From: a virus
Lineage: Duplodnaviria; Caudoviricetes
Length of the DNA stretch: 64,000 nt
Strand: one strand, 5' to 3'
IMG/VR virus record: IMGVR_UViG_3300042898_000589
Coordinates: 1,276 to 65,275 of that record
Every line of letters starts with the position of its first letter. The stretch's first letter is position 1. This document shows, one piece after another, positions 55,024 to 64,000 of this stretch. The position numbers and the translations under genes were made by a program. Under the pieces are notes generated by a model that did not search any database, was not told where the DNA came from, and worked only from the letters and a program-made list of their open reading frames with translations.

Positions 55024-56816
55024 TGCTTGTATCTATCTTCGCCACCGTTACTGATACTTCCAACCCACAGATGACAACTGTTAATTCTGTGCTTGAGAAG
55101 ATACGCAGTGGGGGTATGCACAAGAACACCATCCTCACTATGCGGACGATGGATAAGGCTGGACTAAATACAGAGAAGAGAAAGCTACCCGTCATCTGTT
55201 TTGGCGGGACTTTCTCCGCTCGCAATAAAGCCTCTCTAACGAACGCAAGTGGGCTGATGGTCCTGGACTTCGACCACGTGGAGAAGATGCAGGAGACGCG
55301 AGATAAACTATGCTCACTGCCCTATATGTACAGTGTCTTCACCTCGCCAAGTGGAAGCGGACTCAAAGCTCTTGTTCACATACCGAAAGTAAAGGACGAT
55401 GCTGAGTTTAAATCATACTTCAATGGCATCTTCTCCAAGGTTCCAGGCATCGACCCATCAGGTAAGGACATCAGCCGTGCGTGCTTCTTCTCGTACGACC
55501 CTGACATCTACATCAATCCTAACGCCACTGTCTTTACTGACATACACGTAGAGAAACCCGAGCAGCCTAAGCCTGTCGTAGGTACTGACTACTCAAAGGT
55601 TAACATCGCTGTTCAGATGGTGCGTGATAGTATCGATGGAGAGAAGCACATCACCCTACTCAAAGCTGCTAAGCTTATGGGTGGTTACATTGCCATCAAG
55701 AAGATAGAGGAGTCTGAGGCTATTCGTGTACTAGAGACAGAGATTCAAGCTAAGAATCCACACAGCTTTGCACAAGCACAGAAGACTATCCGTGATGGCA
55801 TTGACTACGGTAAGCGTATGCCTATCTCTGAAGCGAAGAAGATTGAACGTGAGACTCGGTTCATTCGTGAGGAGGATGGTAGGTTTAGCTTCCTTGCTAG
55901 CGACCAAGATATGGACAGGTATCTCCAAGACTTCATCGGCGGGAGAATAGAGATGGGGTTACCAACACACGTAGGTAAACTCGATGACTACTTCCGACTG
56001 AAGAAGAATACCTTTATGCTTGTTGCTGGTATTGACAACACTGGTAAGTCGTTCTTTGTGTGGTACTTAGCCACCATTGCCGCTATGTTCCACGACTGGA
56101 AGTTCGTAATCTTCTCCTCCGAGAACAAGGATGGACAGATTAAGAAGAAGATAATGGAGTTCTACCTAGGCAGACCTATCGCTACGGTAAGCAGAGAGGA
56201 CTTTGAAAGGGCAATGACATTCTTCCGTGACCACTTCAGAATCATCTCTTCTGCACGTAGTATCTACAGTTGCAGAGACGTGCTGGATATGGGAGAGGTA
56301 CTCTATGACCAAGCTTGGGGAGCGTACGACTGCATCATCATCGACCCTTACAACTCACTCAAGGGTGGCGGTGATTACAACAAGGACTACGAGAACCTGT
56401 CTGAGATTCGTCTGTTCGCTCAGACCTATGCTTCTGTATGGGTGTGTGCTCACATTCAGTCTGGCGCTGCCCGCAACAGAGATGGAGATGGCTTCATCAA
56501 GACACCAAGTAAGGCAGACATTGAAGGTGGACAGCCATTCGCTAACCGTGCTGACGATATGATTATCTATCACCGTGTTACCAACCACCCCGAGCTATGG
56601 ATGTACGGTCAGGTGAACGTAGTTAAAGTGAAAGACACGGAGACTGGTGGTAGACCTACACGTGCGGGTGACCCTGTTATGGTGAGAGCCAACAGAGACC
56701 AATGCGGATTTACTATGGATGACTACGACCCAGTACTAAACACGTGGCAGAACTACTACGCTATGAATGCTGCTCCTAGGATTGAACCTGTTGAACCTGA
56801 AGACATTGTATTCTAA
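55023..56816 (+). CDS. Primase-helicase (VirE-N/BT4734-like primase plus DnaB-like helicase)
   Basis: KRKLPVICFGGTF, SGLMVLDFDH, FTSPSGSGLK, DPSGKDISRACFFSYDP; Walker A GIDNTGKS, Walker B IIIDPYN. Confidence 0.9.
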   Translation: MLVSIFATVTDTSNPQMTTVNSVLEKIRSGGMHKNTILTMRTMDKAGLNTEKRKLPVICFGGTFSARNKASLTNASGLMVLDFDHVEKMQETRDKLCSLPYMYSVFTSPSGSGLKALVHIPKVKDDAEFKSYFNGIFSKVPGIDPSGKDISRACFFSYDPDIYINPNATVFTDIHVEKPEQPKPVVGTDYSKVNIAVQMVRDSIDGEKHITLLKAAKLMGGYIAIKKIEESEAIRVLETEIQAKNPHSFAQAQKTIRDGIDYGKRMPISEAKKIERETRFIREEDGRFSFLASDQDMDRYLQDFIGGRIEMGLPTHVGKLDDYFRLKKNTFMLVAGIDNTGKSFFVWYLATIAAMFHDWKFVIFSSENKDGQIKKKIMEFYLGRPIATVSREDFERAMTFFRDHFRIISSARSIYSCRDVLDMGEVLYDQAWGAYDCIIIDPYNSLKGGGDYNKDYENLSEIRLFAQTYASVWVCAHIQSGAARNRDGDGFIKTPSKADIEGGQPFANRADDMIIYHRVTNHPELWMYGQVNVVKVKDTETGGRPTRAGDPVMVRANRDQCGFTMDDYDPVLNTWQNYYAMNAAPRIEPVEPEDIVF

Positions 56817-57217
56817 TGGATGAATTAAAGAAAGCTATCGACCGCTATAAGGAAGTGGCGGAGAGCGCAAACGTAGAGTCACTGTTGAAGATGAAGGACT
56901 ACTTCATTGGTATGCTGTACTACCACGGACAGATGGAAGCTGACTGGTCTAAGGTTAGCCAAGGTCTTGAGATGGAGTACGACAAGATTAAGAGCGAGAC
57001 CTTTGTGTTCCTACGCAAAAGTGGTACAACAGAGAAGATGGCAGACCAAGAGTCACGACTCGCTGCTGTTGATAAACACTACGAAGTTATCTCTGCACTG
57101 CACGAGTTCAAGGCACACCGCTCAGCCAAGGAGACTATCAGTAAAATTATAGATGCCATCTCTCAACGCATATCTATTATGAGAAGAGAGCAAGAGTTTA
57201 ATCAATTTATTAAATGA
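56816..57217 (+). CDS. Helical protein, possibly UvsY-like recombination mediator
   Basis: 133-aa long helices ending IIDAISQRISIMRRE. Weak resemblance only. Confidence 0.35.
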   Translation: MDELKKAIDRYKEVAESANVESLLKMKDYFIGMLYYHGQMEADWSKVSQGLEMEYDKIKSETFVFLRKSGTTEKMADQESRLAAVDKHYEVISALHEFKAHRSAKETISKIIDAISQRISIMRREQEFNQFIK

Positions 57218-57696
57218 GAAAATTTACTGTACTTAGCCTACGCCAATACATACTAGAGCTGTCCAAAGAGTTTGACATAGACTTGAACACACGACGTAGG
57301 TTCGCCCGCGTTATGATGATAAAGAAGATAGCAGCATACTGCCTGCATCAGCGTGGTGTTACAAAGACTATGATGGGCATAGCCTTTAAGTTTGACAGAA
57401 CCAACATCCACTACTGGGTAGAGGACATCAAGGGCAAGATGTACATCGAAGACCCCTATACTGTATCTTTGTGGAGACGCATAGAAATGTTAACATCTAA
57501 TTACTTTTATGATATGGGAGTAGAGGAGATGACAGATTACGAACGTGTCACTCTAGTCAAGGATTTACTTGACGATTTTATTAACGAGAACCTTGAGCGT
57601 GTCCCTATGCTGTTAGGCACGAGAACTAGAAAAGAAATACTAGTGGATATGCTCAATGATAAAGCCAACAAAATATGGCAAACGCGAGACGTGTAG
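57214..57696 (+). CDS. DnaA domain IV-like HTH protein
   Basis: RRR..V..KKIAAY.L..RG.TKT.MG..F..DRTNIHY pattern. Confidence 0.55.
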   Translation: MRKFTVLSLRQYILELSKEFDIDLNTRRRFARVMMIKKIAAYCLHQRGVTKTMMGIAFKFDRTNIHYWVEDIKGKMYIEDPYTVSLWRRIEMLTSNYFYDMGVEEMTDYERVTLVKDLLDDFINENLERVPMLLGTRTRKEILVDMLNDKANKIWQTRDV

Positions 57697-58025
57697 GACA
57701 TCAGTACGAACGTGATGTTGCTAAGGAGTTAAGAGAGCTTCTCGGAGATGCCAAGATTAAAACATCCCGTTATGCCTCGAAAGAACTTGACGACAACAAA
57801 GTCGACATCGCAGGGACACAGAAGTACGGACTCAACATTCAGTGCAAGAGATACAAGAATACTCCCAATCTGTTTGAGGTTCTGGGCTCTATGCCAGCAG
57901 ATGGAGATATCAATACTATCTTCTGGAAGAAACCAAACAAAGGGGAAGTAGTAGTACTCAGTAAGAAAGACTTCTATCATATTATAAAACAACTACTGCA
58001 ATGTCAGAAGAAACTGAATCAATAA
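57675..58025 (+). CDS. Holliday junction resolvase-like PD-(D/E)XK nuclease
   Basis: GHQYERDVAKEL, VDI, NIQCKR. Confidence 0.75.
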   Translation: MANARRVGHQYERDVAKELRELLGDAKIKTSRYASKELDDNKVDIAGTQKYGLNIQCKRYKNTPNLFEVLGSMPADGDINTIFWKKPNKGEVVVLSKKDFYHIIKQLLQCQKKLNQ

Positions 58026-58738
58026 ACCTGTGGTCTTTCTCTAGGGTTACCTCTCACGAACAGTGCCCGCTTCAATACAAGATGAAGTACATCGATGGGT
58101 TTGAAGAGGAAGGTAATGGATGGGGTGTACTAGGTAGCTACTGCCACGAGATACTAGAACTCTACGCTAAGAAGCAGCTGTCCATACCACAGATGGTGGA
58201 GTACTACGTCTCTAACTATCCCGAACCTGTCTTCCCTACGCTGGGCAGAACAGACTTAGCTGTCAAGTACAGACACGAATGCTATGAGTTCTTCAAGAAC
58301 TTCAAGGGATTCTCTACAGAAGTTGTAGGCGTAGAGCGTGACTTCAAGATGCACATAGAAGGCAATAACTATCTGCGTGGATTCATTGACCTCGAGACCT
58401 TTGATGGGGAGAACTATACCAACGTAGACTACAAGATTAGTAACCCATTTAAGGGTGAGGAACTGAAAAAGAAACGTAGGCAGTTGTACCTTTATTCACG
58501 GGCTACCAAAGAAAAATTTGGTAAGTTCCCAAAGTTTATGTACTTTTACTTTATTAAAGCTAACTCATACATTCAGATTCCGTTTAACGAAGCGGACTAT
58601 CACGAAGCGTGGGAGTGGCTGTCACTAGAAATAAACAAGATTCAAAATGCCGAAACGCACCAAGCAAAACCAGACAGATTCTACTGCGGAAACCTCTGTG
58701 GATTCAGGTACCAATGCCCCCAAGCTGCAGGCCGCTAA
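58001..58738 (+). CDS. RecB/Cas4-like PD-(D/E)XK exonuclease with Fe-S cysteines
   Basis: WSFSR..CP, G..H..LE, RGFIDL, VDYK, QLYLY, C..LCGFR..CP. Confidence 0.85.
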   Translation: MSEETESINLWSFSRVTSHEQCPLQYKMKYIDGFEEEGNGWGVLGSYCHEILELYAKKQLSIPQMVEYYVSNYPEPVFPTLGRTDLAVKYRHECYEFFKNFKGFSTEVVGVERDFKMHIEGNNYLRGFIDLETFDGENYTNVDYKISNPFKGEELKKKRRQLYLYSRATKEKFGKFPKFMYFYFIKANSYIQIPFNEADYHEAWEWLSLEINKIQNAETHQAKPDRFYCGNLCGFRYQCPQAAGR

Positions 58739-59006
58739 CCTTAGCGCATCTAATCTGATTGTGTATATGGCTCTCGCTAAAACAATGCGGGATATGTACC
58801 AAGAAGTAGGTCCTTCTCTGTATCAAACAGATAAGTATGTTATGAACCAAATCAATGAGCGGTTCAACAGAATGTTCACCTTCTACAAGGACGCCTTCGA
58901 AGCACCGATAGTAGCCGAGCTGTCTAATGCAATGTTAGAAGTAATGAAGGAGTTTGTTAATGACGTAAACAATATCATCTCTGAAGATGCTGAGAGCAAA
59001 GCCTAA
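58647..59006 (+). CDS. Hypothetical protein (start uncertain)
   Basis: Fills the gap in the operon. Confidence 0.5.
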   Translation: MPKRTKQNQTDSTAETSVDSGTNAPKLQAANLSASNLIVYMALAKTMRDMYQEVGPSLYQTDKYVMNQINERFNRMFTFYKDAFEAPIVAELSNAMLEVMKEFVNDVNNIISEDAESKA

Positions 59007-59433
59007 AGAGTGTCTTGGGTGTGGTGAGCTAACCCTCATCTGGAGCAAGGGGATGTGCAAGTACTGCGCAGCTGCTTCCTCCACCCCAAAACTGAAGAAG
59101 ACAAAGATGAATACATCTCGTAAGCCGACAGGTGAGATGGCATTCTTCGAGACACTATGGAATGTAAGAGAGCGGGTTTCCTTCTTATCAGGGAAGCCCG
59201 TTTCTTTTTCCCCCTCTACCTTCGCACACGTGCTACCTAAATCTAAGTACCCTAAGCTGCGCCTGTACGATAGGAACATCATCTTCTTAACGCAAGAAGA
59301 GCACACCTTGCTTGATGCAGGGACTAAAGAACAAAGAGAAAGGTACGCTAAGGAGTATCTTTGTGACTGGAATTCAATCTATAAGCTCAAGGAAGAGCTT
59401 CTAAAAGAAACACAGGATGCCGATTCAAAGTAA
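58987..59433 (+). CDS. NinG/HNH-like nuclease
   Basis: N-terminal CLGC..CKYC; FAHVLPKSKYPKLRL..RNIIFLT..EH. Confidence 0.65.
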   Translation: MLRAKPKECLGCGELTLIWSKGMCKYCAAASSTPKLKKTKMNTSRKPTGEMAFFETLWNVRERVSFLSGKPVSFSPSTFAHVLPKSKYPKLRLYDRNIIFLTQEEHTLLDAGTKEQRERYAKEYLCDWNSIYKLKEELLKETQDADSK

Positions 59434-60598
59434 GTGGTCAGAGCTAGAGAACCACATCGTACCCTTCCTATCCTCCGCATTAAAGAATATAGATATTGCT
59501 AAGGCTGTTGCTCCTGAGCTTGATGCTTATGAGTTGAACTCCTTGCGTAAGTATATTCAACGTATGCGTGAGCGTATTAACATCCCCAAAGTAGATAGTG
59601 CGGGACAGCAGTATGAGAATGCACTGCGTAAGTTCTGTGATGACCACGGTCTACCGTACGACAGAGTAACATCTGCTAAGTACATCACACACTCAGGCAA
59701 GGAGACCTTCAATGTACTGATTGATAACAAGACAGACAAGCAAGAGGAGGTTAACTGGGAGGCAGTGATGGAAGCTGTCTCTAAGAGCGATGAGTTGCAC
59801 ACTCCATCGTTTGCTCCTGGCGATGGTGCTGGAGTGGTGAAGATATCCGACCTGCACATCGGTGCTTTCGTTCGTGATATGATTCGCACTCAAGACTACT
59901 CGTTAGACGTTGCTGTCTACCGATTGCGGCAGGCTGCTAACATCGTCAACAACGCTGCTTACAAGACCGTACACGTACACATTCTTGGTGACCTTATAGA
60001 ATCCTTCACTGGATTAAATCACGCCACCTCGTGGAAGGAAATGGAGCACGGTATCCACGGTGCTAATGCTGTTAAGGTAGTGGCTAGCGTACTGCACAAA
60101 CACTTCCTATCCCGCATCCATAATCTGGAGACAGTAAAGATTGTAGCAGGTAACCACGACAGAATATCATCCTCCAATAAAGAGGATATGACGGGGCAGG
60201 CAGCAGAGCTAGTAGCTTGGGGTCTGTCCTTGATGGGCTATGACGTAGAGTTCAACCCTATCGTTATCACCCATAAGGTAGACGGGATATGTCACATCCT
60301 AACACACGGACATCACGGCATCTCAAGACTCGGTACTCGTGACATCGTATGGGAGTACGGAGAGAAGGGATATTTTAATTACATTTGTGAGGGACACCTT
60401 CACAGTAGAATCAAGAAACTTGCAAGAGACCACAAGGTACAAAGGGATGACTCATTGGACTTCACACGTTACGTCCTCCCCTCATTTTTCACAGGAAACT
60501 TTTACTCCGAGTCCAATGGCTGGACAAGCAACGCTGGTTTTGTCATCATTGAGGACAACGGAGCAGGTAAACCAAACACTTTGGATTATTCATTATGA
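59417..60598 (+). CDS. Metallophosphoesterase (nuclease-like) with N-terminal extension
   Basis: SDLHIG, LGDLIE, GNHDR, THGH, GHLH. Confidence 0.85.
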   Translation: MPIQSKWSELENHIVPFLSSALKNIDIAKAVAPELDAYELNSLRKYIQRMRERINIPKVDSAGQQYENALRKFCDDHGLPYDRVTSAKYITHSGKETFNVLIDNKTDKQEEVNWEAVMEAVSKSDELHTPSFAPGDGAGVVKISDLHIGAFVRDMIRTQDYSLDVAVYRLRQAANIVNNAAYKTVHVHILGDLIESFTGLNHATSWKEMEHGIHGANAVKVVASVLHKHFLSRIHNLETVKIVAGNHDRISSSNKEDMTGQAAELVAWGLSLMGYDVEFNPIVITHKVDGICHILTHGHHGISRLGTRDIVWEYGEKGYFNYICEGHLHSRIKKLARDHKVQRDDSLDFTRYVLPSFFTGNFYSESNGWTSNAGFVIIEDNGAGKPNTLDYSL

Positions 60599-60861
60599 GT
60601 ACAGACCTCATTAACGACAAGTATTATGTGCCCGTAGATAGGGTGCAGGATATCGCAGAGAAAGTTATGCAGTCTCAATCTGCTGACAGATACAAGGTAG
60701 ATGCGCTGTTGCACCTAGATGCACAGATGTATCAGAACCTCGGCAAAGAGTCTACAAAAACAGAGCGGGAGAAGGTCAAGACCCAGTCCCGCAAACTGTA
60801 TAGACTTATTAAAACTCTGAACGAAGAGATGGGGAAGCGACTACTTATGTATGTCGCTTAA
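60595..60861 (+). CDS. Conserved hypothetical phage protein
   Basis: KVDALLHLDAQMYQNLG..STK.E...VK..SR..YR.IK. Confidence 0.65.
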   Translation: MSTDLINDKYYVPVDRVQDIAEKVMQSQSADRYKVDALLHLDAQMYQNLGKESTKTEREKVKTQSRKLYRLIKTLNEEMGKRLLMYVA

Positions 60862-60992
60862 CCCTGACCTCTATACTTCTTCTTGTATAGCTTACTAGAT
60901 TTAAGCTTTGATGTCTTACTCTTGGAGTGTACTCCAGGACGTGCTACCTTAGACTTCTTGCTGAAGGTAGTAACTTCTTTAATCTTTGCCAC
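60858..60992 (-). CDS. 44-aa very basic peptide (..RPGVHSKSKTSKLKSSKLYKKKYRGQG)
   Basis: GTG start. Its stop overlaps the convergent plus-strand stop (TTAA). Confidence 0.6.
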   Translation of the reverse strand: MAKIKEVTTFSKKSKVARPGVHSKSKTSKLKSSKLYKKKYRGQG

Positions 60993-61407
60993 GTGCAGTT
61001 AGGTTATCAATTAATCTTGCAGTACCCATAACCAAAACAACAGTAGCCACAACCATCCATAGCACTCTGTTGATTCTGTTCTTATCGCAGCGGATGATGC
61101 TCTTATACACCGTTACCTTACGGTAGATAGGATAGGGTTTGACCACCGTCTGAACAACGAGCTTACCCTTCCCGCCTCTCTTTAATGTGGTGACAATAGT
61201 ATCATTGGTAATTACTACGCTGTCCTTGAAGTTCACGTTGACAGAGTCCTTGAACTTAATAGCATTAGTCCACAGCGTATCAAACTTGTAGACGATACGT
61301 GTGTCGATAATGTCTGGGTCTTTCTGAATGGCTTTACGCATATGCCACTCAGCAGAACAGCTACTGATTAGCCCAATCAGAATAAGGGATGTAATAAGTC
61401 TTACCAT
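60979..61407 (-). CDS. Putative spanin-like lipoprotein
   Basis: Lipobox LISSC plus C-terminal TM helix, adjacent to the endolysin. Confidence 0.6.
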   Translation of the reverse strand: MVRLITSLILIGLISSCSAEWHMRKAIQKDPDIIDTRIVYKFDTLWTNAIKFKDSVNVNFKDSVVITNDTIVTTLKRGGKGKLVVQTVVKPYPIYRKVTVYKSIIRCDKNRINRVLWMVVATVVLVMGTARLIDNLTARGKD

Positions 61408-61843
61408 TGGAGTTTCTTTTTGCTACTAATATTTCTTTCTCTTCTTCCCTTCCCTTGACGATGCCTACGTGTACCCAAGCAGGGTTACCATATGCATCAG
61501 GGTGTTCTAAGATTAACTCAGTAAAGGGTAGGTTATCCTTGATGTAGTGGAAGATGTCTCTGTTAGGAATAGAGTTGCGTCCATCCATATCTATGTCGGC
61601 AGCAGAAGCTGTTACGTGGAAAGACGTAGCAGAACCATTTACAGCCTTATTAAGAGCACTTGAGCGGTACCAAGAGGAGATGTATACCGCAGTATTGAAA
61701 CGCTCTCTAACGGGGTCTAAGACAGTCTTAGCGAGGTACTCTGCATTAGCAAGGTGGGCGGCAGTCAAACTGTTGGAGATGCCCAGTCGTTTTGCTGTAT
61801 GAGACTTCTCTACCTCAGACCTATGGAAGTACTTACTCTCCAT
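61361..61843 (-). CDS. Endolysin, peptidase M15A family
   Basis: SSWYRSSALNKAVNGSATSFH..AADID, WVHVG. Confidence 0.9.
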   Translation of the reverse strand: MESKYFHRSEVEKSHTAKRLGISNSLTAAHLANAEYLAKTVLDPVRERFNTAVYISSWYRSSALNKAVNGSATSFHVTASAADIDMDGRNSIPNRDIFHYIKDNLPFTELILEHPDAYGNPAWVHVGIVKGREEEKEILVAKRNSNGKTYYIPYSDWANQ

Positions 61844-62045
61844 CGTACTTGCGCTTAACGTCTTGCTTTACTGAGTCTGCACTATCTCTTAGGAACAGCA
61901 TCGTGAACCCACCTACGATAAAGACAGAGGCTTCTGTCAGTGAGGCTTTCTCTATGAAGACAAGTACGAAGCAGGCTACAATCATAGCCAGCCCCAGAAG
62001 TGTCGTCTTCCAGTTCTTGAAGATGCGTTCTATAAGCAAGTTCAC
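61833..62045 (-). CDS. Holin-like membrane protein
   Basis: NWKTTLLG followed by two TM helices; GTG start; next to endolysin. Confidence 0.7.
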   Translation of the reverse strand: MNLLIERIFKNWKTTLLGLAMIVACFVLVFIEKASLTEASVFIVGGFTMLFLRDSADSVKQDVKRKYDGE

Positions 62046-62203
62046 TTTCCCTGTTTGATGTCCTTATTCCACCGCCATAGAGTGTAGCAGAATGAGACAA
62101 TCATTACAAAGAGTCCTGCAATCTGGTGTACTTGCGCCAGTGTTAACCCTCCTATAGTGAGGCCCCAAGAGGCTGCTACCGCTTCTGTGCTTTGGTCTTT
62201 CAT
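62042..62203 (-). CDS. Small membrane protein (holin/antiholin-like, 53 aa)
   Basis: MKDQSTEAVAASWGLTIGG..IAGLFVMIVSFCYTLWRW. Confidence 0.55.
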   Translation of the reverse strand: MKDQSTEAVAASWGLTIGGLTLAQVHQIAGLFVMIVSFCYTLWRWNKDIKQGK

Positions 62204-62205
62204 CG

Positions 62206-62568
62206 TTACTCAGTTGGAGCTGCTAAGGTACAAAATGGGTCGTTAGGATTATTTGCGCAAAAGTCTACAGCATATGTACCTTCCCATCCACCGTACCAGT
62301 GTACAGCAGAACCTGGGGTAGGCCATACTACCAGTGGTAAGAACTCAGTAGGTACTTCTTGGTAGAAGATAATGTCTACTGCCCATCGTGGGTCAAAGGT
62401 GGTGCAGTTGCCTTCAGCATCTTGTGCAATGCATACAGTACCAATCTCGTGTACTGCACAGTTAACGTAGGAGAATACTCCTTCTTCTTCTTGACGCAGA
62501 CCAGCAGCGTCCATTAGGCTGTTGAAAGATTCCTGTGAGGTGAATCCAAATTTTCTGTACGTTGACAT
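62206..62568 (-). CDS. Fibre-associated small protein
   Basis: 120 aa. AVHEIGTVC..WAVDIIF..VVWP..VHWYGGW; follows a fibre gene. Confidence 0.6.
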   Translation of the reverse strand: MSTYRKFGFTSQESFNSLMDAAGLRQEEEGVFSYVNCAVHEIGTVCIAQDAEGNCTTFDPRWAVDIIFYQEVPTEFLPLVVWPTPGSAVHWYGGWEGTYAVDFCANNPNDPFCTLAAPTE

Positions 62569-62570
62569 AG

Positions 62571-64000
62571 TTATAGTGTTGTGAGTGATTGAAGTTGTTC
62601 GTTGGTTAGGCGAGTGGTGAATATGGCGGCTTGATTGATTGGGTTGCTTAAATTACGAGCAAGAGAGGAGCTACCTCCTAATTCAATAACTGATAACGAA
62701 GTTGGCGCAACATTGGTTGCTGAAGCAAATAAAGAGCCGTTTCGGTAAACTGTATACACTCCAGCATTGTAAGCTATTGCAAACTTTTGACGTCCGAAAG
62801 GAACAAGCGTGGCAGCACTTGCTACTATAGCTACTGTACTAGCTCCAGCTGAAGAAACAGCTAATTGAAATTGGTTAACATTTGCACCGCTGCCAAAAAT
62901 CAATGGTAAAATTGCGTTGGTAGTTTCGGTGCCTGCGTAAACCTGCAACAGTCGCCCATTAGCATCACTTGTTGGCTGGTTGTAATTAATATCAATAAAC
63001 AAAGTTCCCTCCGTCTGACCAATCCAACTTGACACTCCAGTTTTTGTAGCAACGTCAGCATTTCTTGTAACGGCAGCAGTAGTTGTAGGGATGTAGGTGG
63101 TTGGGTAGGCTCCAGCTTCAATTTGTAGACCCCATATAAATACCGTATTTGTTCCAGTTCCTGTGTAACTCTTATTACCCAATGAATCATACAAATAAAT
63201 AAACGCATTAGCAAGCGTTGTGCTGTTTGAAGTTCCTACCGAAGTGCATCTGTACCATCCGTTAGAGAAAGCGGTAATGCTACCAGAACCACTAACTATT
63301 GTGCCATTGTCAAGATTAAAGACGGTCTCACCAGCTCCTATACTACCTTCGTTGTTAGCCCTTAGAGATATTTCTACTCTTTTTGATGTGCCAGCCTTAA
63401 CAAAAAAGCTGGTGGAATAGACAGTTCCGCTAACCGCACTCATATTTGTTGACCTCATAAAATGAGAACCTACCGATAAGTTTGTATCTTCAAACGTGTC
63501 TGCACTCATTGTGCCATCTGGGGCCGTAGTCGTGTTTGGTGTTATTGATGACCTTTGTTTAAAAAAACCCGCATTATCAAACTGCTCCGAGAACGTGATA
63601 AGATTCGTCCTCTGTGGTTCAAGCAACAATCTACCAACAGTAGACAAACTACCATCAGCATTTCTATAATCTATTCTTGGTACGTTAAGACGAGTAGTAG
63701 TAGGGAAGTATGGTAGTGCTTCTGTTCCTTCTACAAGTTGTGCGCCCCAAATGAATATGGAGGTGGAAAGGGTGTTTACTTCATTTCTTATAGCCGTAGA
63801 TGAAGATACTACATTGTATAGTATTGAAGGATTTGAAATAGTTGCGGTAGCCACGCCAATAATTACGCAGCGATACCATCCATTCCCAACGCTTTGAATA
63901 CTTGCAGTAGTAGATGAACCAACCGAACCAACAACCCCGCTATTTAAATCAAAGTTTGCCCACACATTAGTTCCAAAGGTGCTGGAAAATCCTTGTAACT
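62571..64000 (-). CDS. Fibre/spike-like virion protein, paralog 3 (5'-truncated by window edge)
   Basis: Frame stays open past 63965 to the window end. Same NGWYRC, WGAQL, RLLLEPQRTN, GAYPTTYIPTT motifs and LTNEQLQSLTTL end. Confidence 0.8.
   Translation of the reverse strand, partial: LQGFSSTFGTNVWANFDLNSGVVGSVGSSTTASIQSVGNGWYRCVIIGVATATISNPSILYNVVSSSTAIRNEVNTLSTSIFIWGAQLVEGTEALPYFPTTTRLNVPRIDYRNADGSLSTVGRLLLEPQRTNLITFSEQFDNAGFFKQRSSITPNTTTAPDGTMSADTFEDTNLSVGSHFMRSTNMSAVSGTVYSTSFFVKAGTSKRVEISLRANNEGSIGAGETVFNLDNGTIVSGSGSITAFSNGWYRCTSVGTSNSTTLANAFIYLYDSLGNKSYTGTGTNTVFIWGLQIEAGAYPTTYIPTTTAAVTRNADVATKTGVSSWIGQTEGTLFIDINYNQPTSDANGRLLQVYAGTETTNAILPLIFGSGANVNQFQLAVSSAGASTVAIVASAATLVPFGRQKFAIAYNAGVYTVYRNGSLFASATNVAPTSLSVIELGGSSSLARNLSNPINQAAIFTTRLTNEQLQSLTTL

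Noticed and set aside
31984-56816. Introns or inteins in terL, thyA or primase-helicase
   Set aside because: Frames are continuous with normal lengths, and I saw no intein or homing-endonuclease motifs.
58001-58738. Cas4-like nuclease as a sign of CRISPR-Cas
   Set aside because: No repeat-spacer array or other cas genes. Solo Cas4/RecB-like nucleases are common in phage replication blocks.

Overview
The window is most, possibly nearly all, of a tailed dsDNA phage genome, podovirus-like, with the head-tail gene order of crAss-related Bacteroidota phages. The host assignment rests on many TAnnTTTG Bacteroidota-type promoters, a DUF3127-type SSB and a VirE-N/BT4734-type primase. The minus strand (about 37 kb down to 1, and 64 kb down to 60.9 kb) carries terminase, portal, scaffold, major capsid, ring/adaptor and tail-nozzle genes, putative ejected cargo including a 3590-aa polyvalent protein, at least three paralogous fibre-like genes and lysis genes. 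The plus strand (40-60.9 kb) carries early and replication genes: two tandem amidoligase plus class-II glutamine amidotransferase pairs, glucosaminidase, phosphoesterases, thyA, MazG, primase-helicase, nucleases and tRNA-Arg(UCU). I saw no DNA polymerase, RNA polymerase, integrase, reverse transcriptase or CRISPR array. The most notable unexplained elements are an ~800-nt ORF-poor, densely base-paired region with repeated GCAA tetraloops behind the first early gene, a second ~350-nt structured region with its own promoter, the duplicated amidoligase/GATase module, a tRNA with an inverted 19-56 tertiary pair, and face-to-face promoters for an antisense HTH gene in the head operon. All calls come from reading motifs by eye; no searches were run.
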